From a virus, in IMG/VR virus record IMGVR_UViG_3300038463_000401: 64,000 nt of DNA; one strand, given 5' to 3'. The notes beneath the pieces are model-generated. The model was not told where the DNA came from, ran no database searches, and saw nothing but the letters and a program-made list of their open reading frames with translations. A program made the translations under genes and the position numbers. This document shows positions 9,098 to 17,972 of the stretch, in pieces (the first letter of the stretch is position 1; each line of letters begins with the position of its first letter).

Positions 9098-9246
9098 GTA
9101 AGACCAGTGATATTGTAAAAGAATTGCCTGGGGTGGTTGTCCATAAGTCCGTCAAAGACGCGTTTCGCGCTATCTCGGGCGAGCTTGAAAAGAAACACAT
9201 TGCCGTCCTGAAGGCGAACAAGAATGGGCAAAAGCGGCGGAAGTGA
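9094..9246 (+). CDS. 50-aa basic ORF absent from the track
   Basis: ATG 9094 overlaps the previous TGA; MSKTSDIVKELPG...GQKRRK; fills the gap to the next gene. Confidence 0.45.
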   Translation: MSKTSDIVKELPGVVVHKSVKDAFRAISGELEKKHIAVLKANKNGQKRRK

Positions 9247-9889
9247 CATCGTAAACGGGGTCTATGGCGGTGGCGCCATCCGGCGGCGCTCTATAGACAA
9301 GGGCGAGCTGATCCCCAATGCCGCTATCTTTCTGAAGCGAACCACGTTAGAATTCCTCCAGATTATTTTTTCTACGAGAGCCCCCGGCTCACTCCATTAC
9401 GATGGAACGGATGACACAAGCAGCGAGATCCAGATCACCGATGTCCATGCAGTTGACCTAGACACCGCGAGTGCTAGGCCTGCAATCATCGCTGTTAGGG
9501 GTCCACTCAGTTGGCAAGGACTCGGTCTGGGGGGCGGCGCTGTAGAGCACCGCGAAATGTCAACTGGGAAGCACACTTTCAACGACCTGCTCACCGGATC
9601 AGTGGCTTTCTCTTGCATTAGTCGTGAAGGCATCGAAGCGGAACAGATTGGGCACCTAGTGTTCAACTCGTTCAAGTTCTTTCGACCCACCCTTCAAAAA
9701 GCTGGTTTCTTTACTATCAAAAGCCTAAGCATCGGTGCAGAAGCGTTGATCGAACAGGAAGGATCGGATGACCGCACAACGGTTGTACCGGTCTTTTTGA
9801 CCGCGCAGATCCAGGATCGATGGACCCTGAATGACGAGGCGGCAAAGAAGCTGAAGAACATTGTAATCTCGATCATGACCAACCCTTAG
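9224..9889 (+). CDS. Probable tail terminator/completion protein
   Basis: 221 aa directly before the sheath; RPAIIAVRGPLSW; size and synteny. Confidence 0.6.
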   Translation: MGKSGGSDIVNGVYGGGAIRRRSIDKGELIPNAAIFLKRTTLEFLQIIFSTRAPGSLHYDGTDDTSSEIQITDVHAVDLDTASARPAIIAVRGPLSWQGLGLGGGAVEHREMSTGKHTFNDLLTGSVAFSCISREGIEAEQIGHLVFNSFKFFRPTLQKAGFFTIKSLSIGAEALIEQEGSDDRTTVVPVFLTAQIQDRWTLNDEAAKKLKNIVISIMTNP

Positions 9890-9899
9890 GAGCGAACCG

Positions 9900-12365
9900 A
9901 TGGCTTACCGGAGACCCGGGGTAACTGTTACCCAACAATTTGCGAACTTGGCGCCGGCGCTTGCTGCGTTCAGCTTGCCTAGCGTTACTGTCGGCCCGGC
10001 CTACCAGCTTGTCGCTAACGACGCGATGGGCAGCTACGCCGCGGCGCTGCATACCTACGGCTACCCGTCGCTTCTCGGCGGCGCGACGGTCGACACCGCG
10101 CTGGCCAACCCGAACGAGCCATTCCCGGCCACCAAGTTGCCGATCCAAGTCACATTGGGCAATGCGGTTGCCCAGATCGTCGCCCCTGCGACCACCGGTG
10201 CTGGCAGCGGCATGGCGTTCAGCGACGCGACGTCGAACATCTTCCAGTACGTGCTGCCGGGTGACCTCGTCGTCATCACCGAGGCCACGGGCGTCTCCAT
10301 CGTGGCCGCGCAAACCAATGGCCAGTCGTTCATGACTGCGGGCCTCCAGAATCGCTTGCAAGCGGGCACGCCTGGTCAATTCGCCAACGTGCAAGTTGGT
10401 GACAGTGTCGTTGTGACTGGCGCATCGCCGGCCGTTGCTGGCACCGTCACCGTTACGGCGAAGGCGCCGAACGACCTCTTGCTGCTCAGCGCCAACATCA
10501 ATGACGGCACAGCGGATTCGTCCGCGGTCAACTATTCCATCACTGGCACGCGCGGCGCGACCAATGCCGGCTCATATACCGTTAAGACGGTGACCGACGC
10601 CAATGACCTCGTGTTCACGAGCCCGCTGCCGCAAGCGCAAGAAGCGCCGCTCAGCTACTCTGTCAACCGCAGCGTCGGCTCCGTCGTTCTGAATCCGCTG
10701 GCCTCGCCAGGCAACGGTTTTACGGCGACGACCTCCGGCGTTACACTGCCGGCCGACCTAACTGTGACGCTTGGCCTCAACACCTTCCCGCTCGTCTCCG
10801 GCGCGGTGTCCGCGAACTACCGCGCGCTCCGCACAGATATGGCCGCGAATGTGAGGGAGTACACGGACCTAGCCGACATCACGGCCGCCTTTGGCCAAAA
10901 CCAGATCACCCCGCAAAACCCGCTGGCCTACGGCTTGTCGATCATGTTGCAAAACACGGTCACGCCCGTAAACGGTCTTGGCCTTGACGCCAATGCGGTC
11001 ACGAACGAGACGCTATCCTACACGAACGCGTCGGAAGTCCTGGGCCTCACCCAGATGTACGCGATTGCGCTGCTCTCGCAAACGCCGACGGTCCACCAAC
11101 TCTTCCACACCCACGTGGACCAGTTCTCTGCCCCCGCGATGGGCCTGGAGCGGGTGGCAATCTTCAACTCGCAGCTGCAAACCATCGCCATCCTCCAAGC
11201 GGAAGAGACCACGGTCCTTACGCTCAACGGATCGCGTATCCTCGTCAACACCCAGGTTGACGGCGTGGCCGCGTTTGCCAGCCCAACGCACCTCAATGAC
11301 CCTACATCGGGCCAGTTCACCAATGTGCAACCTGGCGACTCGGTCGTGGTCCAAGCGGGCACGAATTCAATCCCCGGCACGTACACAGTGGTGACGAAGA
11401 CTGACAACAACAACTTGGTGTTGTCGGGCAGCATCATCTCGTCGGGCTCGTCGGCGGACTTCCAGTACTACATCGTCCGTCTTGACGGCCTTGGCGCCGA
11501 CGGCATAACGCTGTATGACCGCAACGCGGCATTCCTCGACAACGGCGTGGCCGCTGGTCACTATGTGACGATCGAGGCTGGCACATACAACGGCCGGTAC
11601 CCTGTCGGCTCAGTGGTGTCCAACACCGAGCTCTTGCTAGGAACCGCGATCCCCGGCGTGGCCTCGCTCGTCACGGCGGTCGACTACCAAGTTGACCGTA
11701 ACCTGCAAAAGAACGAACAAGCGGCGTTGGTCGCTGGCTATAGCTCGAGCTTCGCGGATCGCCGCATGGTCCATGTCTGGCCGGACGTCCTCCAAGTCCC
11801 GTCAGGCCAAAACATCGTGAACGTCCCCGGCTTCTATGCGGCTTGCGCAATCGCGGCGTTGACCACGGGCCTCCCGACCCAGCAGGGCTTCACGAACCTG
11901 TCGTTCTCCGGCTTCCTCGGCCTGCTGCACAGCACGGGTTATTTCAGCCCGACCGACCTCGATACGATCGCGGGCGGCGGTACGATGATCATGGCTCAAG
12001 ACGGCCCGCAGCAAGCGCTGTACGTCCGCCACGAACTCACGACCGACACCTCGTCGATCAAGTTCCAAGAGTACATGGTCACGAAGAACGTCGACTTCAT
12101 CGCGAAGTTCCTTCGCACCACGTTCAAGCCGTACATCGGCTTGTACAACATCGTCCAGTCGACGCTGGACACGCTCAAGACGACCGCGCAGGCTGCGCTC
12201 AAGTTCCTCAACGGCAACCCGTTGCCGAAGATCGGAAGCGTTATCATCAGCGGCACGCTGACGAGCATCGCCCAGGACTCAACGCAGATCGATACGGTCG
12301 ACATGGTGTTCACCTTGAACATCCCGATTCCGCTCAACGATCTTGACATCACTATCAACGTCTAA
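9900..12365 (+). CDS. Contractile tail sheath protein
   Basis: 821 aa; MAYRRPGVTVTQ start; beta-rich insert domains; C-terminal QEYMVTKNVDFIAKFLR...YIGLYNI; followed by the tube. Confidence 0.9.
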   Translation: MAYRRPGVTVTQQFANLAPALAAFSLPSVTVGPAYQLVANDAMGSYAAALHTYGYPSLLGGATVDTALANPNEPFPATKLPIQVTLGNAVAQIVAPATTGAGSGMAFSDATSNIFQYVLPGDLVVITEATGVSIVAAQTNGQSFMTAGLQNRLQAGTPGQFANVQVGDSVVVTGASPAVAGTVTVTAKAPNDLLLLSANINDGTADSSAVNYSITGTRGATNAGSYTVKTVTDANDLVFTSPLPQAQEAPLSYSVNRSVGSVVLNPLASPGNGFTATTSGVTLPADLTVTLGLNTFPLVSGAVSANYRALRTDMAANVREYTDLADITAAFGQNQITPQNPLAYGLSIMLQNTVTPVNGLGLDANAVTNETLSYTNASEVLGLTQMYAIALLSQTPTVHQLFHTHVDQFSAPAMGLERVAIFNSQLQTIAILQAEETTVLTLNGSRILVNTQVDGVAAFASPTHLNDPTSGQFTNVQPGDSVVVQAGTNSIPGTYTVVTKTDNNNLVLSGSIISSGSSADFQYYIVRLDGLGADGITLYDRNAAFLDNGVAAGHYVTIEAGTYNGRYPVGSVVSNTELLLGTAIPGVASLVTAVDYQVDRNLQKNEQAALVAGYSSSFADRRMVHVWPDVLQVPSGQNIVNVPGFYAACAIAALTTGLPTQQGFTNLSFSGFLGLLHSTGYFSPTDLDTIAGGGTMIMAQDGPQQALYVRHELTTDTSSIKFQEYMVTKNVDFIAKFLRTTFKPYIGLYNIVQSTLDTLKTTAQAALKFLNGNPLPKIGSVIISGTLTSIAQDSTQIDTVDMVFTLNIPIPLNDLDITINV

Positions 12366-12376
12366 GGGGTGAACTA

Positions 12377-13102
12377 ATGGCAGGGACAACCGACTTCACG
12401 ACGTGGGACTTTCACAACTACCACGTTCAGCAAGAGCTGACCGGCGGACAGTTTGTGAGCGCAGAAACCACGCTTATCGCGGCGGGCCCACCCGAGTTGT
12501 CCGATATCGGCGCTGGCGGCGCCGCGGGTGCTGGCACGGTTTACCCGATCGGTCTTTTGGAGTCCGTGGGCCTGCAGCAGAATAAGCAGCTCCAACGGAT
12601 CTTTGAAATCGGCTCAAGCCGCAGCTACTTCGTCCCCGGACGGAACATTGGCTCGCTGTCGATCGGCCGGACGTTTTACTTCGGCCCGTCGCTACTTCGC
12701 GTACTCTATGCCTACTATGCACAGAACGCGGCGTCGTCTCAGACCGGTGCGGACAACTTCGTCCTTGGTGGGGCGGCCGCGACGGCGATCACTGAAGACG
12801 GGAACACCCTCACCCCGAATCCTTATGACGTCCTGCTGCCTGGCTATGGTTCTGGCCTGCACACCGTCGTCCGCTCGCCAGGCGAAGGCTACTTCTGGAT
12901 CGACCTGGCGTCGGACATCTTCGCCCAGCCTACGGGTATGGCGATATACTTCAAGGACTCGAACGACCTCAGCCTTGGCGCGGTGTACCTGGAAAACTGC
13001 TATGTCCAGGGCCACCAGATGAACATCTCGAGCGGTTCTGTGCTTGTCATGGAAGGCGCGTCGATGCAGTATGATCAGCTGAGGCCGATCAAGGTCCTCT
13101 GA
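12377..13102 (+). CDS. Tail tube protein
   Basis: Follows the sheath; LQRIFEIGSSRSYFVPG and VYLENCYVQGHQMNISSG beta pattern. Confidence 0.8.
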   Translation: MAGTTDFTTWDFHNYHVQQELTGGQFVSAETTLIAAGPPELSDIGAGGAAGAGTVYPIGLLESVGLQQNKQLQRIFEIGSSRSYFVPGRNIGSLSIGRTFYFGPSLLRVLYAYYAQNAASSQTGADNFVLGGAAATAITEDGNTLTPNPYDVLLPGYGSGLHTVVRSPGEGYFWIDLASDIFAQPTGMAIYFKDSNDLSLGAVYLENCYVQGHQMNISSGSVLVMEGASMQYDQLRPIKVL

Positions 13103-13113
13103 GGTAACCCAGA

Positions 13114-13296
13114 ATGACCGGTTCTTTCTGGAATGGATTTGAGAAGCGGGCTAGTGCGGTGACAGAAGGCGTAAAAGCCTTCGGCCGCAAAGCCCGTCTT
13201 TTTAGTCAAGGAGCCCTCACCGGAGCCGCGGCGGTAGGCGCTGGCGTGGGGCTCCATCATGCTGCCCAGACGCCTACCATGCAGCCAGTGGGTTGA
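13114..13296 (+). CDS. Small Ala/Gly-rich protein with FWxGFxKxA leader
   Basis: MTGSFWNGFEKRAS; GALTGAAAVGAGVG segment. Confidence 0.6.
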   Translation: MTGSFWNGFEKRASAVTEGVKAFGRKARLFSQGALTGAAAVGAGVGLHHAAQTPTMQPVG

Positions 13297-14732
13297 CCGT
13301 GGATAGCTTCTGGTCGGGGTTTGAGAAGGCCGCGGCTCTGAGAGCTACGACGGCCCTCGAACCGCACCAGGAGCGTGTTAAGCGTCGGCTGGAGAAGAAG
13401 CCAGGGCTGCTTGTTTACCATGGGCTTGGCTCGGGCAAGACTCTATCGAGTCTGGCCGCGACGCAGGGCATGAAGACTGACGTGGTCGTTCCGGCGAGCT
13501 TGCGTAACAACTACCGCAAGGAAGTTGAGAAGCATACGACGGGCTTCAAGCCGAACGTCATGAGCTACGAAGGCGCCACCAAGACAGGGCCAACACCTGG
13601 CAGCAAGGCGCTCGTCGTGGACGAAGCGCATAACCTAGGGGATACCCAGTCCAAGAGGACACAGGCAATGCTTGCGCAGGCGCCCGCATATCAGCGGCGT
13701 ATGCTCCTGACTGGGACGCCTATCAAAAACCGGCCGAGCGAGCTCGCGCCGCTTTTGCGGATGGTTCGCGGGGACAGCGCAGTCCCGCTAGACCCTAAAG
13801 CGTTTGACGCTCGCTTCGTAGAAGAGAGAGCCCATAAGCCAGGGTTCTTCGCTAAAGTGCTGCATGGCGCAAAGCCAGGCGTTACCTACCACATGAAGAA
13901 CAAGAAGGAATTCTCAGACCTCGTCAAAGGCTATGTGGATTTTTACGAACCGGATAAAGCGCACTTCCCCTCAGTCAGCCATGAGACGATTGAGGTGCCT
14001 CTTAATAAAGAGCAAAACGAGTACAACTCGTATCTTTTAGGTAAAGCCGGGCCTGCGCTGCGGTGGAAGATCAAGTCGGGGATGCCGCCATCTAAGCGCG
14101 AGGCTGCTCAACTTAACGCCTTCCTTAGCGGTGCCCGACAAGTTGGCAACTCAACTAAAGCCTTTGGCGGTAGTGGAGTTTCCCCCAAGTTTCAGCGAGC
14201 TCTGACCGAGTTGGAAGAACGTAATAATCAAAACCCGAATTTTAGAGGCCTAGTCTATTCAAATTATTTGGGCTCAGGTGTCAAGCAGTATGCTGAGGAA
14301 CTAGACAAACGCGGCATCAGTAATCGTTTGTTCACCGGCTCTCTTTCTGACAAAGAGAGAAGGCAGGCAGTAGAAGACTATAACAATGGCAAGGTGAAAG
14401 TCCTTCTTATCTCTGGGGCAGGCGCGCATGGCTTGGACCTCAAGGGCACTCGCTTAGTCCAGCTCATGGAGAGTGCATGGCACCAACCAAAGCTAGAACA
14501 GGCCGCCGGGCGCGCGATTAGGTTCAAGTCACACGAGCATCTACCGCCAGATCAGAGGCATGTAGAAGTACAACAGTACCTGTCCTCCCAGCCAAAGACG
14601 TTGATGAACAAGTTGTTGAAGACAAAACAAGACTTGAGCGCTGATCAGTATTTGAATAGGCTTAGCCAAGAGAAAGCCCGCACCAACGAAGAGTTCCTGA
14701 GTGTGTTGCGGGCGGAGGGGCAGCGTGAGTAG
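13293..14732 (+). CDS. SNF2-like SF2 helicase/ATPase with FWxGFxKxA leader
   Basis: HGLGSGKT (motif I), DEAH (II), LTGTP (III), GAHGLDL (V), QAAGRAIR (VI); N-terminus DSFWSGFEKAAA. Confidence 0.9.
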   Translation: MTVDSFWSGFEKAAALRATTALEPHQERVKRRLEKKPGLLVYHGLGSGKTLSSLAATQGMKTDVVVPASLRNNYRKEVEKHTTGFKPNVMSYEGATKTGPTPGSKALVVDEAHNLGDTQSKRTQAMLAQAPAYQRRMLLTGTPIKNRPSELAPLLRMVRGDSAVPLDPKAFDARFVEERAHKPGFFAKVLHGAKPGVTYHMKNKKEFSDLVKGYVDFYEPDKAHFPSVSHETIEVPLNKEQNEYNSYLLGKAGPALRWKIKSGMPPSKREAAQLNAFLSGARQVGNSTKAFGGSGVSPKFQRALTELEERNNQNPNFRGLVYSNYLGSGVKQYAEELDKRGISNRLFTGSLSDKERRQAVEDYNNGKVKVLLISGAGAHGLDLKGTRLVQLMESAWHQPKLEQAAGRAIRFKSHEHLPPDQRHVEVQQYLSSQPKTLMNKLLKTKQDLSADQYLNRLSQEKARTNEEFLSVLRAEGQRE

Positions 14733-15504
14733 AGAGATTCCGCTTACGCAGGGTAAAGTCGCTATTGTAGATGATTGCGACTATCCGCGAGCATCCAAAT
14801 TTAATTGGTCTCTAGCAGAGCGACGCGGCAAGCTTTACGCTATACGCACAACAGCTGCAGAAGGAAAAACCGAACGAGTTTATCTTCACCGCTATTTATT
14901 GGACGCGGCCCAAGGCGCTCAAGTAGATCACCGAGATGGGGACGGTCTTAATAATAGACGAGACAATATTAGATTAGCCACCCCACTTCAAAACGTCCGC
15001 AATCGTCGCAAAGGCGACAGTGGCTGTACAGCCAGCAGGTATAAAGGCGTCTTTCTACAAGCAAGGCACAAGCATCTAAATAAACCATGGTTTGCTCGGA
15101 TTGGCCTGGAAGGGGGTCACCTCAATTTAGGGAGTTACCACTCCCAGGAAGAGGCAGCTCTCGCCTATAATGCTGCGGCGATCAAGTACTTTGGTGAGTT
15201 TGCCTGCCTTAACGTTGTCTACGGACCTCCCAAGCCCTACATCCCCGAAAATCTCCATATAGCCGGTATCTGGGGGCAGGGTAAACGTCGCCTTAACCAG
15301 ACCAGCTCATCCTATAAGGGTGTTTCTTTTGTAAAAATATCCAAAGCACGCCCGTGGATGAGCTATCTTAACTGCAGGGGCAAGAGATATTTACTGGGCC
15401 GATACGCTACTGAAGTTGAAGCCGCTTTAGCGTACAATGAAGCTGCTAAGAAGCATTTCGGCGAGTTTGCTCGCCTCAACATCATCGAGGGGGTGTCACC
15501 ATGA
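14725..15504 (+). CDS. HNH homing endonuclease with two AP2-type domains
   Basis: GTG 14725 gives EIPLTQGKVAIVDD; VDHRDGDGLNNRRDNIR; two YKGV...EAALAYN...FGEFA repeats. Confidence 0.9.
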   Translation: MSREIPLTQGKVAIVDDCDYPRASKFNWSLAERRGKLYAIRTTAAEGKTERVYLHRYLLDAAQGAQVDHRDGDGLNNRRDNIRLATPLQNVRNRRKGDSGCTASRYKGVFLQARHKHLNKPWFARIGLEGGHLNLGSYHSQEEAALAYNAAAIKYFGEFACLNVVYGPPKPYIPENLHIAGIWGQGKRRLNQTSSSYKGVSFVKISKARPWMSYLNCRGKRYLLGRYATEVEAALAYNEAAKKHFGEFARLNIIEGVSP

Positions 15505-15692
15505 GTTTTAAAGTTTGCTGGGACTCGACAAGAAACTGGCGCTGCGTGGCCATCCAACTGTTGGATGCCAACGCCAACGTCGTTATGCAAACACACATGT
15601 TTGCGGGCCCGTTCCTGAAATGGCACATCCCGATGCGTAAGCGCTGGATGACACGTAAGTACGCGGTGCTCGCCGCGGCGAATGCTCAATGA
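15501..15692 (+). CDS. Small hypothetical protein
   Basis: ATGA overlaps at both ends. Confidence 0.45.
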   Translation: MSFKVCWDSTRNWRCVAIQLLDANANVVMQTHMFAGPFLKWHIPMRKRWMTRKYAVLAAANAQ

Positions 15693-16750
15693 CACCTGCC
15701 TTCTGGGACGGCATAGAAAAACAGGCGCTTAACGCGGCCAAGGCGAGAGCTTTGGCCGCAAAGCATGGCCTTGTTCCGGAAGGGGCGTGGAAGTGGGGGC
15801 TACGGCAGCTGCGCAAAGGCAAGACTAAAGAGCAGCTAGGCCAGGCGCCTGCCGGTCTAATAAATGCTTCTAAGAGATTAGGGTCGGAAAATGAGGCCGG
15901 TGCTCTATGGGGCAAGGGCGTTAAGGGAACCAGAGGTAAACTCCACGTCGGCAACGAGGGCACTACAGATATCGGCGGGGAGAGAAAAGCGTTATTTGCT
16001 GCGATAAAGAAAGACTATAAAAATCAGCTTGCGCAGCACGAATCCATGAATGCAGACCCACGAGCTGCATTGAAGGCACAGGGTTATGCTAATGCACTCA
16101 ATATGCAGCTAATGAAACCAACTGCGGGTATGAATACGCTTCACACCCATCCAGCGCATATTGAGCCCCAAGTCCGTGCACAGGAAAAATCTATGATAGA
16201 GGGACTTCGCAACGTAAAACCAACTGACTATGGCAGCCATCCTCTCGCACACAGGTTAAACAAGCTGGAGGGTAGAGAGTTCTCCAATATAAGAAGAGAC
16301 CTTGATGCCCGTCAGAAAAGCAGCCATTTCTTATTGCATCCCAGTGGGTTTAGAAGCGGAATACCCAATAACCCGATGGCTACCGATGTGGGACGGTTCC
16401 TTAAATCAGACGTAGGCACCCACCACAACATAGTCTCCCCAGGGGTCGGCGTTGGTGTGCATACGATCCGTCCAGATAAACAGGGCGGGGGGAAAAAGCT
16501 CCGCTCCCTGCTCTTCAAAGATGATTCGATGCCAGAGAAAAAACAGGCTACGCTCGACCAGCTGTTTCATCGCCAGTTCAAGAAATCTGCAGCGGCAGAC
16601 TCGCCGTCGATCCTTAGCGACTGGTTCCAGGAGGGCGAAGACGAGCAGCGCAAAGCCAAAGAAGATAGTAAGGTAGACACGCGGGTCAGCCCGCGAGACC
16701 TTAGCGAATGGCAAGGCCCGGAAGCTTGGTACAGATTTGGGAGTCCGTAA
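15689..16750 (+). CDS. Basic protein with FWxGIxKxA leader; possible metal-binding (JAB-like) core
   Basis: MTPAFWDGIEKQA; LHTHP, LHPSG...D, HNIVS; acidic C-terminal module after KKSA. Confidence 0.6.
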   Translation: MTPAFWDGIEKQALNAAKARALAAKHGLVPEGAWKWGLRQLRKGKTKEQLGQAPAGLINASKRLGSENEAGALWGKGVKGTRGKLHVGNEGTTDIGGERKALFAAIKKDYKNQLAQHESMNADPRAALKAQGYANALNMQLMKPTAGMNTLHTHPAHIEPQVRAQEKSMIEGLRNVKPTDYGSHPLAHRLNKLEGREFSNIRRDLDARQKSSHFLLHPSGFRSGIPNNPMATDVGRFLKSDVGTHHNIVSPGVGVGVHTIRPDKQGGGKKLRSLLFKDDSMPEKKQATLDQLFHRQFKKSAAADSPSILSDWFQEGEDEQRKAKEDSKVDTRVSPRDLSEWQGPEAWYRFGSP

Positions 16751-17196
16751 TGAACGAGGCATTCTGGGGCGGTTTTGAGAAGCAGGCAGGCCTACTCCAA
16801 GCCGTAGGCTCCGTTGGCGGCCTCGCTCGTGGATCCGTTCAGCGGGCGGGCACTGCTCTCAGAACTGGCAGTTCGGCTGCCGGAGAGGCGATCACGCGCG
16901 GCGCCATCCAAGCGCGGCAGGGAGTATCTTCTGGATACCGCGCCGGCCAGCGCAAAGCATTGGGTATGAGCCCGAAGCAATATGGGGAAATGCGCCGCGG
17001 GCCGACGGCCGTGGCTAAGGCAGCTCCGGCGGCAGCCGCGGCGGCGCCCGCTGCCGCACCAGGACTTGCGCAGCGCGGCCTAGCTGCGGCGCGCGCTAAC
17101 CCACTTGTCACTGCAGGCGCCGTTGGCGCGGCGGGCGTTGGCGCGGGTATTCTCGCGGGTCACCGCCCACAGCCGCAACAGGGGCAAGCCATTTGA
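16750..17196 (+). CDS. Ala/Gly/Arg-rich protein with FWxGFxKxA leader and Gly-zipper tail
   Basis: ATG 16750 (TAATG overlap) gives MNEAFWGGFEKQA; LVTAGAVGAAGVGAGILAG. Confidence 0.65.
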   Translation: MNEAFWGGFEKQAGLLQAVGSVGGLARGSVQRAGTALRTGSSAAGEAITRGAIQARQGVSSGYRAGQRKALGMSPKQYGEMRRGPTAVAKAAPAAAAAAPAAAPGLAQRGLAAARANPLVTAGAVGAAGVGAGILAGHRPQPQQGQAI

Positions 17197-17885
17197 AACG
17201 GGTTGCCACAGTCGCAGTGATCTATGACGGCAAACTCCTCATGGGGAAGCGGCGCGACAACGGTCGTTGGACTTGCCCAGGCGGCCATCTTAACGAAGGG
17301 GAAGAGCCGCTTGCTGGCGGCGTGCGCGAGCTCTACGAGGAGTCTGGGATCGCGGCGCCGGCGCGCGAGCTCAAGCAGATCGGCTTCAACAAGGTGACCA
17401 AGCCAGACGGCGGGAAGCTGGAAGTCACCGCTTACAAGTACGAGCCGAAGGCCCGGCCGTCCACCTCGATGCGCGCCGACCCCGATCTGGAAGTCCACCG
17501 GTGGCGGTGGATTGATGTTTCACGTGGAACACTTCCTCCGCACATCGCAGACCATTTGCACGTGCCACTTGATCGCAACGTCCTCCTGAAAGGATTGGGT
17601 ATCAAAGCTATGGAAAAGACCGCGTTCTGGAACGGCTTCGACAAACAAGCAATGGTGCCGTCGCTCAACCCTCTAGGCGCGCTCGCCGCTGGTGCGAAGA
17701 GCTTGGTCGGTAAAGCCGTGGCTTCGCCCTTAGCAGGCAAAGCGATGAACGCTGGTGTGCGTGCCGCTGAAGTGGCAAAGGCTCACCCGAAGACTGCGCT
17801 TGGCCTCGGCGCGGCTGGTGCGGCTGGCGTGGGTTACATGGCTGGGCGGCCGTCTGCTCCTGCTGGGCCGCGCTACCCATACTAG
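17193..17885 (+). CDS. Nudix hydrolase fused to a FWxGFxKxA-leader module
   Basis: Nudix box GGHLNEGEEPLAGGVRELYEESG; from in-frame ATG 17610 MEKTAFWNGFDKQA plus Ala/Gly-rich tail. Confidence 0.85.
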   Translation: MKRVATVAVIYDGKLLMGKRRDNGRWTCPGGHLNEGEEPLAGGVRELYEESGIAAPARELKQIGFNKVTKPDGGKLEVTAYKYEPKARPSTSMRADPDLEVHRWRWIDVSRGTLPPHIADHLHVPLDRNVLLKGLGIKAMEKTAFWNGFDKQAMVPSLNPLGALAAGAKSLVGKAVASPLAGKAMNAGVRAAEVAKAHPKTALGLGAAGAAGVGYMAGRPSAPAGPRYPY

Positions 17886-17972
17886 GCACCAGTCGTGGTA
17901 AAATGTGGCATACCCTCGGTATGCCCATCCACACTAGCCTCGCGTTGCCCCACCACATTTTAGAAGACCCAC

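Noticed and set aside
9224-13102. T6SS, eCIS or tailocin locus
   Set aside because: Linked to a protease, capsid, neck genes and phage replication genes.
305-13260. Long antisense ORFs (e.g. 4852-5787, 2262-2978, 9873-10394)
   Set aside because: Shadow frames of C/G-third-position-biased genes; no RBS or motifs.
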